Of a DNA stretch of 37,735 nt, positions 16,387 through 25,584 are shown one piece after another. Source of the DNA: a virus (taxonomy: Duplodnaviria > Caudoviricetes); IMG/VR virus record IMGVR_UViG_3300037484_001196, positions 1 to 37,735 of that record; one strand, given 5' to 3'. Both the position numbers and the translations under genes were made by a program. Position 1 is the first letter of the stretch. Each line of letters opens with the position of its first letter. Below the pieces are notes generated by a model. The model did not search any database, was not told where the DNA came from, and saw only the letters and a list, made by a program, of their open reading frames with translations.

Positions 16387-18633
16387 ATGGCTGAAGGCAA
16401 AAAGACTACCATCAATCCGGGGATTGTCAGCCGGGTGGCCCAGGGCCTGAAATACGCCTTTACCGGCCGCGCCCCGGAGGCCTGGTTCGGCCCGGGCGAG
16501 CCTCAGGCGCCGGCGGCGCCTGAGGCGGTCAAGGGCCGCCAGTGGGATTATGCGTCGGGCTACAACCTCAGGACCCAGCCCCGGGGCGAAGAGGCCCTCT
16601 CCTTCGGGCAGCTCCGGGCCCTGGCCCAGAACTGCGACCTGGTGCGCCTGGCCATCGAGACCCGCAAGGACCAGTTGTGCAAGCTCGCCTGGACGATCAA
16701 GCCCACGGAGGAAACCGCCGCCGGCGGCAAGCGCCTATTGAACGCGGCGGAGGGCCAGGCCAAGGAGGCCCGGGCCCTATTCAAGAAGCCCGACCGGGTG
16801 CACCGCTGGAATCAATGGCTGCGCATGTGGCTGGAGGATATGTTCGTGGGCGACTGCGCCACCCTCTATCCCCGGCCCAACCGGGGGGGCGGCCTCTATG
16901 CCCTGGAGGTGATGGACGGGGCCCTGATCAAGCCGGTGCTGGCCGACGACGGCCGGGTGCCCCTACCGCCGGCCCCGGCCTATCAGCAGATACTCAAGGG
17001 CGTGGTTGGCGCGAATTACACCCTGGACGAACTGATCTATTTTCCCCGCAACCCCCTGTCCTGGCGGGTGTACGGCCTCTCCCCGGTGGAGCAGATCATC
17101 CTGACGGTCAACATCGTCATCCGCCGCCAGATCCACCTGCTGCAATACTACACCGAGGGCAATCTGCCCGACTCCCTCCTGGAGGTGCCGGAAGGCTGGA
17201 ATACCGAACAGATCCGGGAGTGGCAGCAATACTGGGACGCCCTGTTCGCCGGCAACACCGCCCAGCGCCGCCGGGGCACCTGGGTGCCCAAGGGCATGAC
17301 GCCCCACAGCATGAAAGAGGCGGCCCTGAAAGACCCCATCGACGAATGGTTCGCCCGGGTGGTGTGTTACGCATTCTCCCTGTCGCCGCAGGCCTTTGTG
17401 CAGCAGATCAACAAGGCCACCGCCGAGACCGCCCAGGAAATGGCCCTGGAAGAGGGCCTGGCGCCGGTGCTGGAATGGGTCAAGGACGGCATTGACGAGG
17501 GCCTGGCCCGGGGCGGCTTCGACCTGGTGGAGTTCGCCTGGGAGGAGGAGTCCTCCATCCGGCCCAAGGAACAGGCGGAGATTGATGAGATCCACCTGCG
17601 CTCCGGGCTGCGGGGGCGGACGGAAATCCGCCAGGATCGGGGCTACGTAGACGACGGGGTGCCGGATTTTATCGTGACCGTGGGGGGGCCGGTGCTGCTG
17701 GAGGAGATAGGGAAAGAGCAGGAAGAGCAGTTGCCAGTGGCCAGTAGTCAGTTGCCAGTAAAAATCAAAGAAAAACCCGACGCCGCAGTAGCAGGACCAG
17801 CCCCACCGGGAGCAATTAACGGAGCGCTCCCGGTGGAGAAGCTGGCCAAGGTTGATGCGGACAAAAAAATAAAGCCCATTGACCGGGAGCGGCCGGAGAT
17901 GGTGACGGCCCGGGCCGCCCTGCAAAAGCTGATGCTGGCGGCCCTCCAGGCCGACGCCGTCGCCGCGGCGGCGCATCTGGCCAAGGGGTTGGGGATGGCC
18001 AAGGCCGAAGAGGACCAGGCCGCCAAGATTGAGGGACTGCTAGAGGAATTGCAACTGGCCGGGATCTCGGCCACCCAGGCCGAAGTGGCGGCGGTCCTCA
18101 CCCAGGCGGCCCAGAACGGCGGCCTGGCGGCGTTGGTGCAGGTCGGCGTCATTGAGGCGGCCGAGGGCGAGAAAGCCGCCATCGTCAACCAGGTCAATGA
18201 GCTGGCGGTGGAGTGGGCAGAGCACCGGGCGGCGGAGCTGGTGACCAAGATCCAGGAGTCCACCCGGGATTACCTCCGGGCCGACGTCACCCAGGCGGTG
18301 GAGGAAGGCTGGAGCAGCCAGCAGTTGAGCCAGGCCCTGGAAGAGAATTTCGGGTTTTCCGCCAGCCGTTCCAATACCATCGCCCGGACGGAGATCGGCC
18401 AGGCCGACGTGGAAGGCAATATGATGGCCTACCGCACCTCCGGGGTGGTGGTGGGCAAGGAGTGGATTTTGGGCTCAGGGCACCCGAAGCCGGACCAGTG
18501 CGACACCAACGCCGCCGCCGGGGTGATTCCCCTGGCCGAGGCCTTTCCGTCCGGGGACCAAAATCCCCTGGCGCACCCCAACTGAGTCTGCGATGTTCTC
18601 CCGGTCCTGGGAGAAAAGGGAAAAATCGCATGA
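16387..18633 (+). CDS. Portal protein fused to a MuF (minor head) domain; predicted selenoprotein (Sec at TGA 18583-18585, 748 aa)
   Basis: Portal motifs (YGLSPVEQ); MuF motifs IARTE, KEW, FPSG..PLAHPN-TGA-VC; SECIS-like hairpin; the next stop overlaps the downstream ATG. Confidence 0.85.
18586..18615 (+). promoter_or_regulatory. Bacterial SECIS-like element
   Basis: Stem TTCTCCC (18596-18602)/GGGAGAA (18609-18615) with loop GGTCCT, starting at the 11th nt after the UGA. Confidence 0.75.
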
Positions 18634-19223
18634 TCGACCGCCTCTTGAAATCCTGGCACACGCAGATCCCGGCCATGAGTTGCGAGCCGGGTTGCCGGGA
18701 GTGCTGCGAGGGCGACGCCCGGTCCATGACCCTGCATGAGTGGCGGGAGATCCGGCATCCGGGCAAATACGCCACCGGCCCGGCCCTGGCCGCCTGCCCC
18801 TTCCTGGGCTCGTGCGGCTGCGAGATCTACAATCGGCGGCCTTTGGTCTGCCGGCTGTTCGGCACGGTAGCCCCGGATGACCCGGCCCTGGTGGAGTTGG
18901 CGGGGACGTTCCCCATCAGTTGCCCCCGGGGGCATTATCCGGAGGCGCCCCTGCCCCTGGCCGCAGCCCTGCGGATGCAGGTGGAGTATCAGAATTACGC
19001 CAACCGGGAACTGCACCAGGTGATCGAGGACTGGCAGAAGTTTTTAAAGGACCCCAGGTTGGAAAACCTGGGCCACCAGGCCCTACCCGAGAAATTCCAG
19101 TGGCTGCGCTATGTGCTCTCCACCCGGGAAGGGCAGACCACCTTGCGCCTGCTGTCGGGTCAGACCCCGGTGCAGATTGATCCTGAAAAGATGGCCCGGA
19201 TGACGGCCATGTTAGGAGGTTGA
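18630..19223 (+). CDS. YkgJ-family (CxxCxxCC-like) cysteine cluster protein
   Basis: CEPGCRECC...CPFL...GCEIYNRRPLVCRLFG...CP; start at ATG 18630. Confidence 0.82.
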   Translation: MIDRLLKSWHTQIPAMSCEPGCRECCEGDARSMTLHEWREIRHPGKYATGPALAACPFLGSCGCEIYNRRPLVCRLFGTVAPDDPALVELAGTFPISCPRGHYPEAPLPLAAALRMQVEYQNYANRELHQVIEDWQKFLKDPRLENLGHQALPEKFQWLRYVLSTREGQTTLRLLSGQTPVQIDPEKMARMTAMLGG

Positions 19224-19225
19224 GG

Positions 19226-20389
19226 ATGGAAAGAATTTTATTCATGCCGCTCACCAAGGTGGTGGAGCTGAACGACGGTACCGTGGAGGTCTGGGGCCGG
19301 GCGGCGGCGGAAGAGCCTGATCCGAAAAAGGAGATCATGGATTACGCCGCTTCGAAGCCTCTGATCAAGGCCTGGTCGGATAATGCCTTTGCCGCCAGTG
19401 GCGGTAAGTCCCTGGGCAACCTGCGGGCCATGCATAATCCGAGAGTTGCCGCCGGCATCGTTACCAGTCTGAATTTTCTGGATGAGGAAAAGGCCATAGA
19501 CGCCGTCGCCAAGGTGGTGGACGCCGAAGAGGTTAAAAAAGTCAGAGCGGGCGTCTATACCGGTTTTTCCATCGGCGGCAGCTACGCCCGGAAATGGCAG
19601 GACGGCGACTACACCCGCTATGCCGCGGCACCCTCGGAACTCTCCCTGGCCGACAACCCCATGATCAAATCCGCCCGCTTCACTTTGGTGAAGGTGGACG
19701 GCAGTGTCGAAGAAAAAGATTTTCAAGGTCCGCCGGCGGGGACGCCGGCGCCTCTGGGGGAGGCCAGCCCCACGCTGCAAAAACGCCTCAATGATGTCGG
19801 CCGCCTGGCGGGCTTGCTGTCCGAATTACGCTGTCTGTTGCCCTCAGTGGTCTATGAGGCGGAAGAGGAAAAGGACGGCTCCACCGTGCCGGCCCGCCTG
19901 CAGGCGGCGCTACTCGACCTGGCGAAGATCTTCAAGGATTTCGCCGCCGAGGAGGCCGGGGAGATGGCGGCCGAGGTGCGGGCGTTACTGACGCAGCCCG
20001 TTGAAGCCATGGCCATGAACAAGGTTGACAATTCGCAGGCGGCGACGCCCGCGCCACAAGGAGGAAGGGAACAGATGCCTACACTGGAGCAGTTGGAAAC
20101 ACTGGTAACGGGCCTGGGCGAGCGCCTGGAAAAGGTGGAGGGCGACTTCAACGCCCAGGGAGAGCAGTTGGCCAAGGTGGAGGCGGAGAACGCCGCGCTC
20201 ACCGAGCGCCTGGCCAAGGTGGAGGCCCAGCCGGCGTCCCCCCAAGGGGTGCTGAAGGTCGTGGACAAGGGGGACGATGTGCACCCCCTGGGCAAGGTGG
20301 ACGGCCCCTCGGAAGAGGACATGATCAAAAACAAGGACACCCAGGGCCTCATCAAGGCGGCCCACGGCAACCCCATCAGCCTGGGCTAA
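19226..20389 (+). CDS. Prohead protease/scaffold protein
   Basis: GNLRAMH, YTGFSIGG, ELSLADNP; coiled-coil C-terminus; precedes the capsid gene. Confidence 0.8.
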   Translation: MERILFMPLTKVVELNDGTVEVWGRAAAEEPDPKKEIMDYAASKPLIKAWSDNAFAASGGKSLGNLRAMHNPRVAAGIVTSLNFLDEEKAIDAVAKVVDAEEVKKVRAGVYTGFSIGGSYARKWQDGDYTRYAAAPSELSLADNPMIKSARFTLVKVDGSVEEKDFQGPPAGTPAPLGEASPTLQKRLNDVGRLAGLLSELRCLLPSVVYEAEEEKDGSTVPARLQAALLDLAKIFKDFAAEEAGEMAAEVRALLTQPVEAMAMNKVDNSQAATPAPQGGREQMPTLEQLETLVTGLGERLEKVEGDFNAQGEQLAKVEAENAALTERLAKVEAQPASPQGVLKVVDKGDDVHPLGKVDGPSEEDMIKNKDTQGLIKAAHGNPISLG

Positions 20390-20400
20390 AGTCGAAGGAG

Positions 20401-20440
20401 CGCAGGCGGGTACGCCTGCGCCACTGGACGCCTGAGCTAC
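20401..20440 (-). repeat. REP-like palindrome plus half copy
   Basis: CGCAGGCG-GGTA-CGCCTGCG-CCAC-TGGACGCCTGAGCTAC; near copy of 2293-2331. Confidence 0.85.
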
Positions 20441-20458
20441 TAACGAAGGAGAATTACC

Positions 20459-21955
20459 ATGATCAACGAAACGCTGCAATTGATTAAGGAGGCCCTGGCG
20501 GCGCCGACCCCGGAAATGGCCAAGGCCTTCACCACGGCCCTGGGCGGGACGGGGGCCACGCAGGGGTTGAAGGGCTACGACCTGGAGGCCCCGGCCAAGA
20601 CCTTGTACCCGGTACTCACCCCCCTGCGGAACAAGATTCCCCGGGTGGGCGGCGGCCTCGGCATCCAGGCCAACTGGAAGGCCATCACCGGCATCAACAC
20701 CGCCGGCCTCTCCGCCGGGGCCGGGGAAGGGCGGCGGGGCGGCATCGTCACCACCACCGTGGCCGATTACCTGGCGGCTTACCGCACCCTGGTGCTGGAC
20801 GACTACGTCACCTTCCAGGGGCAGGCCGCGGGCAAAGGCTTTATGGATATCAACGCTCTGGCAGTAGAAGGACTGCTGCGCTCTCTGATGATCCAGGAGG
20901 AGTTCATTATCCTGGGCGGCAACGGCGCCGCGGTGGCCCTGGGCACCACGCCCACCCCCACCCTGGCGGACGTGGGCACCGGCGGCACTTTCAAGGCTGC
21001 GACCAAATACCTGGTGCACTGCATCGCCCTGACCCTGGAGGGCTACCGCAACGCCTCGGTGGCCGGGGGCGTGCCGGCGGTGATCAGCCGGGCCAACGGT
21101 GACGGCACCACCGAGACCTACGGCGGCGGCTCGGGCCAGATCTCGGCCGAGGCCAACGTCACCACCGCCGCCGACGGCAACGCTACCCACTCCCTCAAGG
21201 CCAGCGTTGCCGCGGTCTCCGGGGCCGTGGCCTACGCCTGGTTCTGGGGCGAGAACGGCCAGGCCGTGAAACTGGGGGCCATCACCACCATCAACAGCTA
21301 CCTGATCACCGCCCCGGTGGCAGCGGGCACCCAGGTGATCGGCGATCTGCCGGCCTCGGACAACAGCAAAAACGCCTTGATCTTCGACGGCCTGCTTTAC
21401 CAGATCTTCAAGAGCGGCTCCAACGGCTACATCAAGACGATGGCCACCGGCACCCCGGGAACGGGGACGCCCCTGACCGCCGACACCAAGACCGGCATCG
21501 TCGAGATCGACGAGGCCCTGGTGCACTTCTGGAACGTCTACAAAACCATCCCCACCTGCATCTGGGTGAACGGCCAGGAAAAGAAGAACATGGCCTCCAA
21601 GGTGCTCACCGGGGCGGCGGGCAGCGCCGTCAGCTTTACGGTGGACACCCGCCAGGGGGCGGTGCTGGGCGGCGTCAACGTCACCGGCTACATCCACCCC
21701 ATCACCGGGCAGGAAGTCCCGGTGGCGGTGCACCCGGACCTGCCGCCGGGCACCATCATGTTCGAGTGCATGGCCCTGCCGTATTCCCTCTCCGGGGTGG
21801 CCAACGTGGTGCAGATCCGCACCCGCTGGGAATACATGCAGATCGACTGGGTGCTCACCAGCCTGAAGCGGGATTTCTCGGTCACCGTGGACGAGGTGCT
21901 GCAGAATTACTTCCCGCCGGCCTGGGGGCTGATCACCAATATCGCCAACGGTTAA
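20459..21955 (+). CDS. Major capsid protein
   Basis: AAGGAG RBS; strong codon bias; YDLEAPAK.LYPVLTPLRN.IPRV; position after the protease. Confidence 0.82.
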   Translation: MINETLQLIKEALAAPTPEMAKAFTTALGGTGATQGLKGYDLEAPAKTLYPVLTPLRNKIPRVGGGLGIQANWKAITGINTAGLSAGAGEGRRGGIVTTTVADYLAAYRTLVLDDYVTFQGQAAGKGFMDINALAVEGLLRSLMIQEEFIILGGNGAAVALGTTPTPTLADVGTGGTFKAATKYLVHCIALTLEGYRNASVAGGVPAVISRANGDGTTETYGGGSGQISAEANVTTAADGNATHSLKASVAAVSGAVAYAWFWGENGQAVKLGAITTINSYLITAPVAAGTQVIGDLPASDNSKNALIFDGLLYQIFKSGSNGYIKTMATGTPGTGTPLTADTKTGIVEIDEALVHFWNVYKTIPTCIWVNGQEKKNMASKVLTGAAGSAVSFTVDTRQGAVLGGVNVTGYIHPITGQEVPVAVHPDLPPGTIMFECMALPYSLSGVANVVQIRTRWEYMQIDWVLTSLKRDFSVTVDEVLQNYFPPAWGLITNIANG

Positions 21956-21959
21956 AAGA

Positions 21960-22004
21960 CGGTTTTCGGTTTTCAGTTTTCGGTTTTCGGAAACTGAAAA
22001 CCGA
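21960..22004. repeat. Head-to-head heptamer arrays forming a hairpin after the capsid gene
   Basis: (CRGTTTT)4-CGG followed by AAACTGAAAACCGA. Confidence 0.85.
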
Positions 22005-22024
22005 TAGCCGAGGAGATAATCACC

Positions 22025-22216
22025 ATGAAATTGAAGGCCCCTAAGGGCTGCGGCGGCGTAAGCTACCAAGGCCGGAGCTATCCGGTGGTTGACGGCCTAA
22101 TGGAAGTGCCGGACGAGGCGGCGGCGGAGTTTACCCAGCCGGGCTGGGGTTTCACCCCGGCGCCGCCTAAGCCGGAAGTTCCTGAACAGAAAACCAAACC
22201 GAAAACCGGCACCTAA
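22025..22216 (+). CDS. Small virion-associated hypothetical protein
   Basis: AGGAG RBS; follows the capsid gene. Confidence 0.65.
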   Translation: MKLKAPKGCGGVSYQGRSYPVVDGLMEVPDEAAAEFTQPGWGFTPAPPKPEVPEQKTKPKTGT

Positions 22217-22423
22217 ATGGCGGAACTCACCCCCCGGGAGTGCCAGGTCTTAGCCGGGCTGGCCCGGGGGTTGACCACCCGGGAGATTGCCTGGGAGCTG
22301 TATATCAGCCCCAAAACGGTGGAGATGCATTGCGCCAACATCAAAGAGAAAAAGAATTTGGCCAACATACGCCAGTTAATAGTCTATGCGGCGAACCAGT
22401 TGCCCCAGTTGGCCCGGGAATGA
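22217..22423 (+). CDS. Stand-alone LuxR/GerE-type HTH protein
   Basis: LTPRECQVL..LARGLTTREIA.ELYISPKTVE.H..NI.EK. Confidence 0.88.
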   Translation: MAELTPRECQVLAGLARGLTTREIAWELYISPKTVEMHCANIKEKKNLANIRQLIVYAANQLPQLARE

Positions 22424-22635
22424 AGCCGCTGCAATGGAGCCGGATGCAGTCCGGCACCTGGAACGGCAAGGTGGGGGCGGCCACCCTGATGACGGTGGCC
22501 TGGCACCCGGAGCGGGGCTGGTTCGTGGCCCCCAAGCTGCCGGGGCTGAAAACGGTGAACGTGGGCTCGGATCAGGAAGGGCGGCAAGTGGCCGATAAGC
22601 TGTGGGCGCAGTGGCGCCGGGAAGTGGGAGGATAA
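22420..22635 (+). CDS. Hypothetical protein
   Basis: ATGA overlap at 22420. Confidence 0.55.
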   Translation: MKPLQWSRMQSGTWNGKVGAATLMTVAWHPERGWFVAPKLPGLKTVNVGSDQEGRQVADKLWAQWRREVGG

Positions 22636-22636
22636 C

Positions 22637-22945
22637 ATGACGTGGAGCGCAATCTATCGCCTGAGTGACGGCGCACTGCACAGTGTGGGATCGGTGGTAA
22701 CCGAGAAGCTGTCAAAAGACTATGGGGTCAAGGTCTTGAGTGATCAGCCTGACCCGTCCAGGGTCGTTTGGGACAAGGCCAAATTGGAGTTTGTGCCGGT
22801 TCCCCAGGTCCCCCTGGACCCGGTGCAAGAGGCGGTTGCGGAATTTGCTAATCTGGACGTGAGCGCCATGACCCAGACGCAGTTGATCGCTTTAATCGTC
22901 AAGGCCCTCAAGTTCATGGTGAAGCGGGAGTTAAACCGTGGGTGA
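22637..22945 (+). CDS. Hypothetical virion accessory protein
   Basis: GGAGG RBS; tight gene packing. Confidence 0.65.
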   Translation: MTWSAIYRLSDGALHSVGSVVTEKLSKDYGVKVLSDQPDPSRVVWDKAKLEFVPVPQVPLDPVQEAVAEFANLDVSAMTQTQLIALIVKALKFMVKRELNRG

Positions 22946-23753
22946 TTGGCCGATTCTCAGTGATGGGGCGATTTTATCAGATGTTGGGGTTGTGCTCGCC
23001 TCGTCATATTATACTCGGGTAAATTGTGGCGCGAGCAATACCAAAGGAAACTGGGTTCAATTGATAGCTTCAACCCCTCGTCAAGCAAATGGTTTCTGGT
23101 TAATTGTTGGGGCTTCCTCCGGGGGGTCTGATGATTTGATTGATATCGGCATAGGCCCCGCCGGTTCTGAAGTGGTCGTGATAAGCAACCTGCTATTTTC
23201 TTTTCAACGCACCAGTTATTGTATTTTTGTGCCGTTGATGCTTCCTGCCGGGGTGAGAGTAGCCGCGCGAGCGCAAACATATACCTCTGGCAATTATCCG
23301 TCAGTGGGATTGATTCTAAATACCCCCGGGTTTCTTCCCAGTTCAGTCCTTTCCCGTTGCACCACATACGGGGCTAATGAGGCCGATTCCGGCGGGGTAA
23401 GCGTTGACCCTGGGATAACTGCCCATACTAAAGGGGCCTGGACGGAGATCGTCGCGGCCACAACCAACCCGATAAAGATGTTATCAGCGATCAATGGCTG
23501 CGCTTCCACCAATCATACATATAACTATCAGTTCCTTTTTGATATCGGCATGGGCGCTGCCGGTAGTGAAATTGTGGTGGTGCCAAACCTGTATTTCTAT
23601 GTTGACGCCGATCCTTTTAAGTTCATCCCCATGACTTTTGGCCCTTTTATGGTCAATATCCCCGCTGGCAGCCGATTGGCTATCAGGATGCAGTCCACCG
23701 GGATAGCCGATGGTGTCCGGCTGGCTGACTTCGTGCTCTATGGAGTGGATTAA
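22938..23753 (+). CDS. Beta-rich protein with an internal tandem duplication (putative head accessory)
   Basis: TKG.W..I/LV...DIG.G.AGSE.VV..NL...PAG.R.A.R.Q occurs twice. Confidence 0.7.
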   Translation: MGDWPILSDGAILSDVGVVLASSYYTRVNCGASNTKGNWVQLIASTPRQANGFWLIVGASSGGSDDLIDIGIGPAGSEVVVISNLLFSFQRTSYCIFVPLMLPAGVRVAARAQTYTSGNYPSVGLILNTPGFLPSSVLSRCTTYGANEADSGGVSVDPGITAHTKGAWTEIVAATTNPIKMLSAINGCASTNHTYNYQFLFDIGMGAAGSEIVVVPNLYFYVDADPFKFIPMTFGPFMVNIPAGSRLAIRMQSTGIADGVRLADFVLYGVD

Positions 23754-24079
23754 TGCCTACCTCAATCGCAAGCGGAACTTTGACGGCGGACGGCACCGAG
23801 CAAGACTTAGCCACCGATACCAGCAATAAGAATTTTGCGCTGGTAGTGGACACTGCCAATATGGTGAACGGGGAAGCCGTGGAACTGCGGATTTACGCCA
23901 AGTGCCTCACCGGGGGGACTGAGCGGCTGGCATATATGGCCGCTTATGTCAATGCCCAGGCCGAACCGATGAAATACAGCGTCCCGGTGCCAGCGGATAT
24001 CAGCCTGCGGGCAACCCTAAAACAGACGGCCTATGTGTCGGCCTATAAAGATTTTCCTTGGAAATTGTTGAGCCTGTAA
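23753..24079 (+). CDS. Hypothetical beta-rich protein
   Basis: TAATG overlap with the previous gene. Confidence 0.65.
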   Translation: MPTSIASGTLTADGTEQDLATDTSNKNFALVVDTANMVNGEAVELRIYAKCLTGGTERLAYMAAYVNAQAEPMKYSVPVPADISLRATLKQTAYVSAYKDFPWKLLSL

Positions 24080-24225
24080 ATGAGCCTGAGACACACAACA
24101 TTTTATATTTCTACAGAGACACCTCCTGCGGGGTTGGTAACGTCGCCCCTCATGTCACGAATATTCGATTCACCGGTATTTGGATGTCTCATGACCATTA
24201 TCGGTTTCTTAGGGAGGGGCATCTG

Positions 24226-25584
24226 GTGTATTTCAAATTAGGTGACACGGCTTATTTCGGATTTTGCACCCACAACCCCAATACTGGGGCAGTAGCTAAT
24301 GCCAGCAGCACTCCCACTTGTGAAATATTTGAGGAAAACAGCGAGTCAGCAATAGCCTACGCTCCTACCGTGGTTCAACGTGGAGAAATCACCGGAGAAT
24401 ATGTAGTACCGGTGGTGGTATCAACCGAAAATAGTTTTGAAACCGATAAGAACTATATTGTGATTGTCACGGCCATAGTTGCCGGTGTCACGGGCAAAAA
24501 AGTGGTGGGTAGTTTCTATTTGCTCAGCAAAAAACTTTCCGATCTGAATGATATTGCGGCTCCTGATCTATCCAACCTGGACGCGGCGGTGAGTACCCGG
24601 AGCACCCTGACGGCGCAACAAGTATGGGAGTATGCCACCCGGACCCTTTCCAGCTTCGGGACGCTGGTAGCGGATATCTGGGGGGCCGGGACTCGCACCC
24701 TGACCTCCTTCGGCAGCCTGGCGGCGGACGCGACCGCGGCAGTATGGGCCAGCGTCACCCGGAGCCTCACCGACAAGGCCGGGTTCAGCATTTCCGGGAC
24801 AAAGCAGACGCTGGATGCGCTAAACGATCTTTCCCAAGCCGGGGCCCAGGCCGGGGCAGCCGCAGCGCTCAATACCTATGACCCCCCGACTAAGGCCGAA
24901 CTGGATTCAGGGCTATCCCCCCTGGCCTTAGAGGCCACTTTGACGGCCATCAAGGGGGCCGGCTGGAATACCCAGACCCTGGCGGCGATATTTGCCCTGG
25001 TGGACGACCTGGAAGGCCGCCTCACCGCGGCCCGGGCCGGATATCTGGATGAGTTGGCCGCGGCCAATCTCCCGGCGGACGTGGATACGCTCCTGGGAAG
25101 GTTGACGGCAGTCCGGGCCGCCTATCTGGACGCCTCCATCGCCTCCCGCAGCACTGCTTCCCAGGGGGCCACCAAGGCCGAACTGGACGCGGCGCAGTTG
25201 GCCCTGGAGACAGCCATCGACAACCTCGAAGTGCCGCCGCCCGAAGGGGTCGCTTTGGAGGCGACTTTGGAGGCCATGAAGGGGGTTGGGTGGATCGATG
25301 AAAGCTTGAAAGATATCCGGGAGGCCATAGACGGCATCGGGGCCTCGGCCGGCGCCGGCGCCATCACTTGGATCTACACCCTGACCCGGTCAGACACCGG
25401 CCTGCCCATTGCGGATGCCGATGTCTGGGTCAGCACCGACGTGGCCGGGGCCAACGTCGTGGCCTCGGGGCGGACGAATCAGAACGGGGTGGTGACCTTC
25501 CACCTGGACGCCGGCACGGTCTATATCTGGCGGCAAAAATCCGGGTTTAATTTTGTCAATCCGGACACGGAGGTGGTGAGCTAA
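24226..25584 (+). CDS. Fibre-like virion protein with repeats
   Basis: Start re-called at GTG 24226 after AGGGAGG; VW...TR(T/S)L x3, RLTA.RA.YLD x2; C-terminal prealbumin-like pattern GRTNQNGVVTFHLDAG. Confidence 0.65.
   Translation: MYFKLGDTAYFGFCTHNPNTGAVANASSTPTCEIFEENSESAIAYAPTVVQRGEITGEYVVPVVVSTENSFETDKNYIVIVTAIVAGVTGKKVVGSFYLLSKKLSDLNDIAAPDLSNLDAAVSTRSTLTAQQVWEYATRTLSSFGTLVADIWGAGTRTLTSFGSLAADATAAVWASVTRSLTDKAGFSISGTKQTLDALNDLSQAGAQAGAAAALNTYDPPTKAELDSGLSPLALEATLTAIKGAGWNTQTLAAIFALVDDLEGRLTAARAGYLDELAAANLPADVDTLLGRLTAVRAAYLDASIASRSTASQGATKAELDAAQLALETAIDNLEVPPPEGVALEATLEAMKGVGWIDESLKDIREAIDGIGASAGAGAITWIYTLTRSDTGLPIADADVWVSTDVAGANVVASGRTNQNGVVTFHLDAGTVYIWRQKSGFNFVNPDTEVVS

Noticed and set aside
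18583-18585. TGA as a plain stop, pseudogene lesion or genome-wide UGA reassignment
   Set aside because: Many other genes end in TGA with normal ATGA overlaps, so the code is standard. The motif position, hairpin and restored overlap favour site-specific Sec, though a nonsense mutation is not fully excluded.
18213-18629. N-terminal extension of the 336-aa ORF
   Set aside because: Out-of-frame overlap with MuF and low-complexity translation; the real start is ATG 18630.
19985-22069. 694-aa minus-strand ORF
   Set aside because: Antisense shadow of the strongly codon-biased capsid and protease genes; no recognisable motifs.
24058-24225. TTG-started N-terminus of the 508-aa ORF
   Set aside because: It overlaps the upstream gene without an RBS; GTG 24226 has a good SD and another small ORF occupies this interval.
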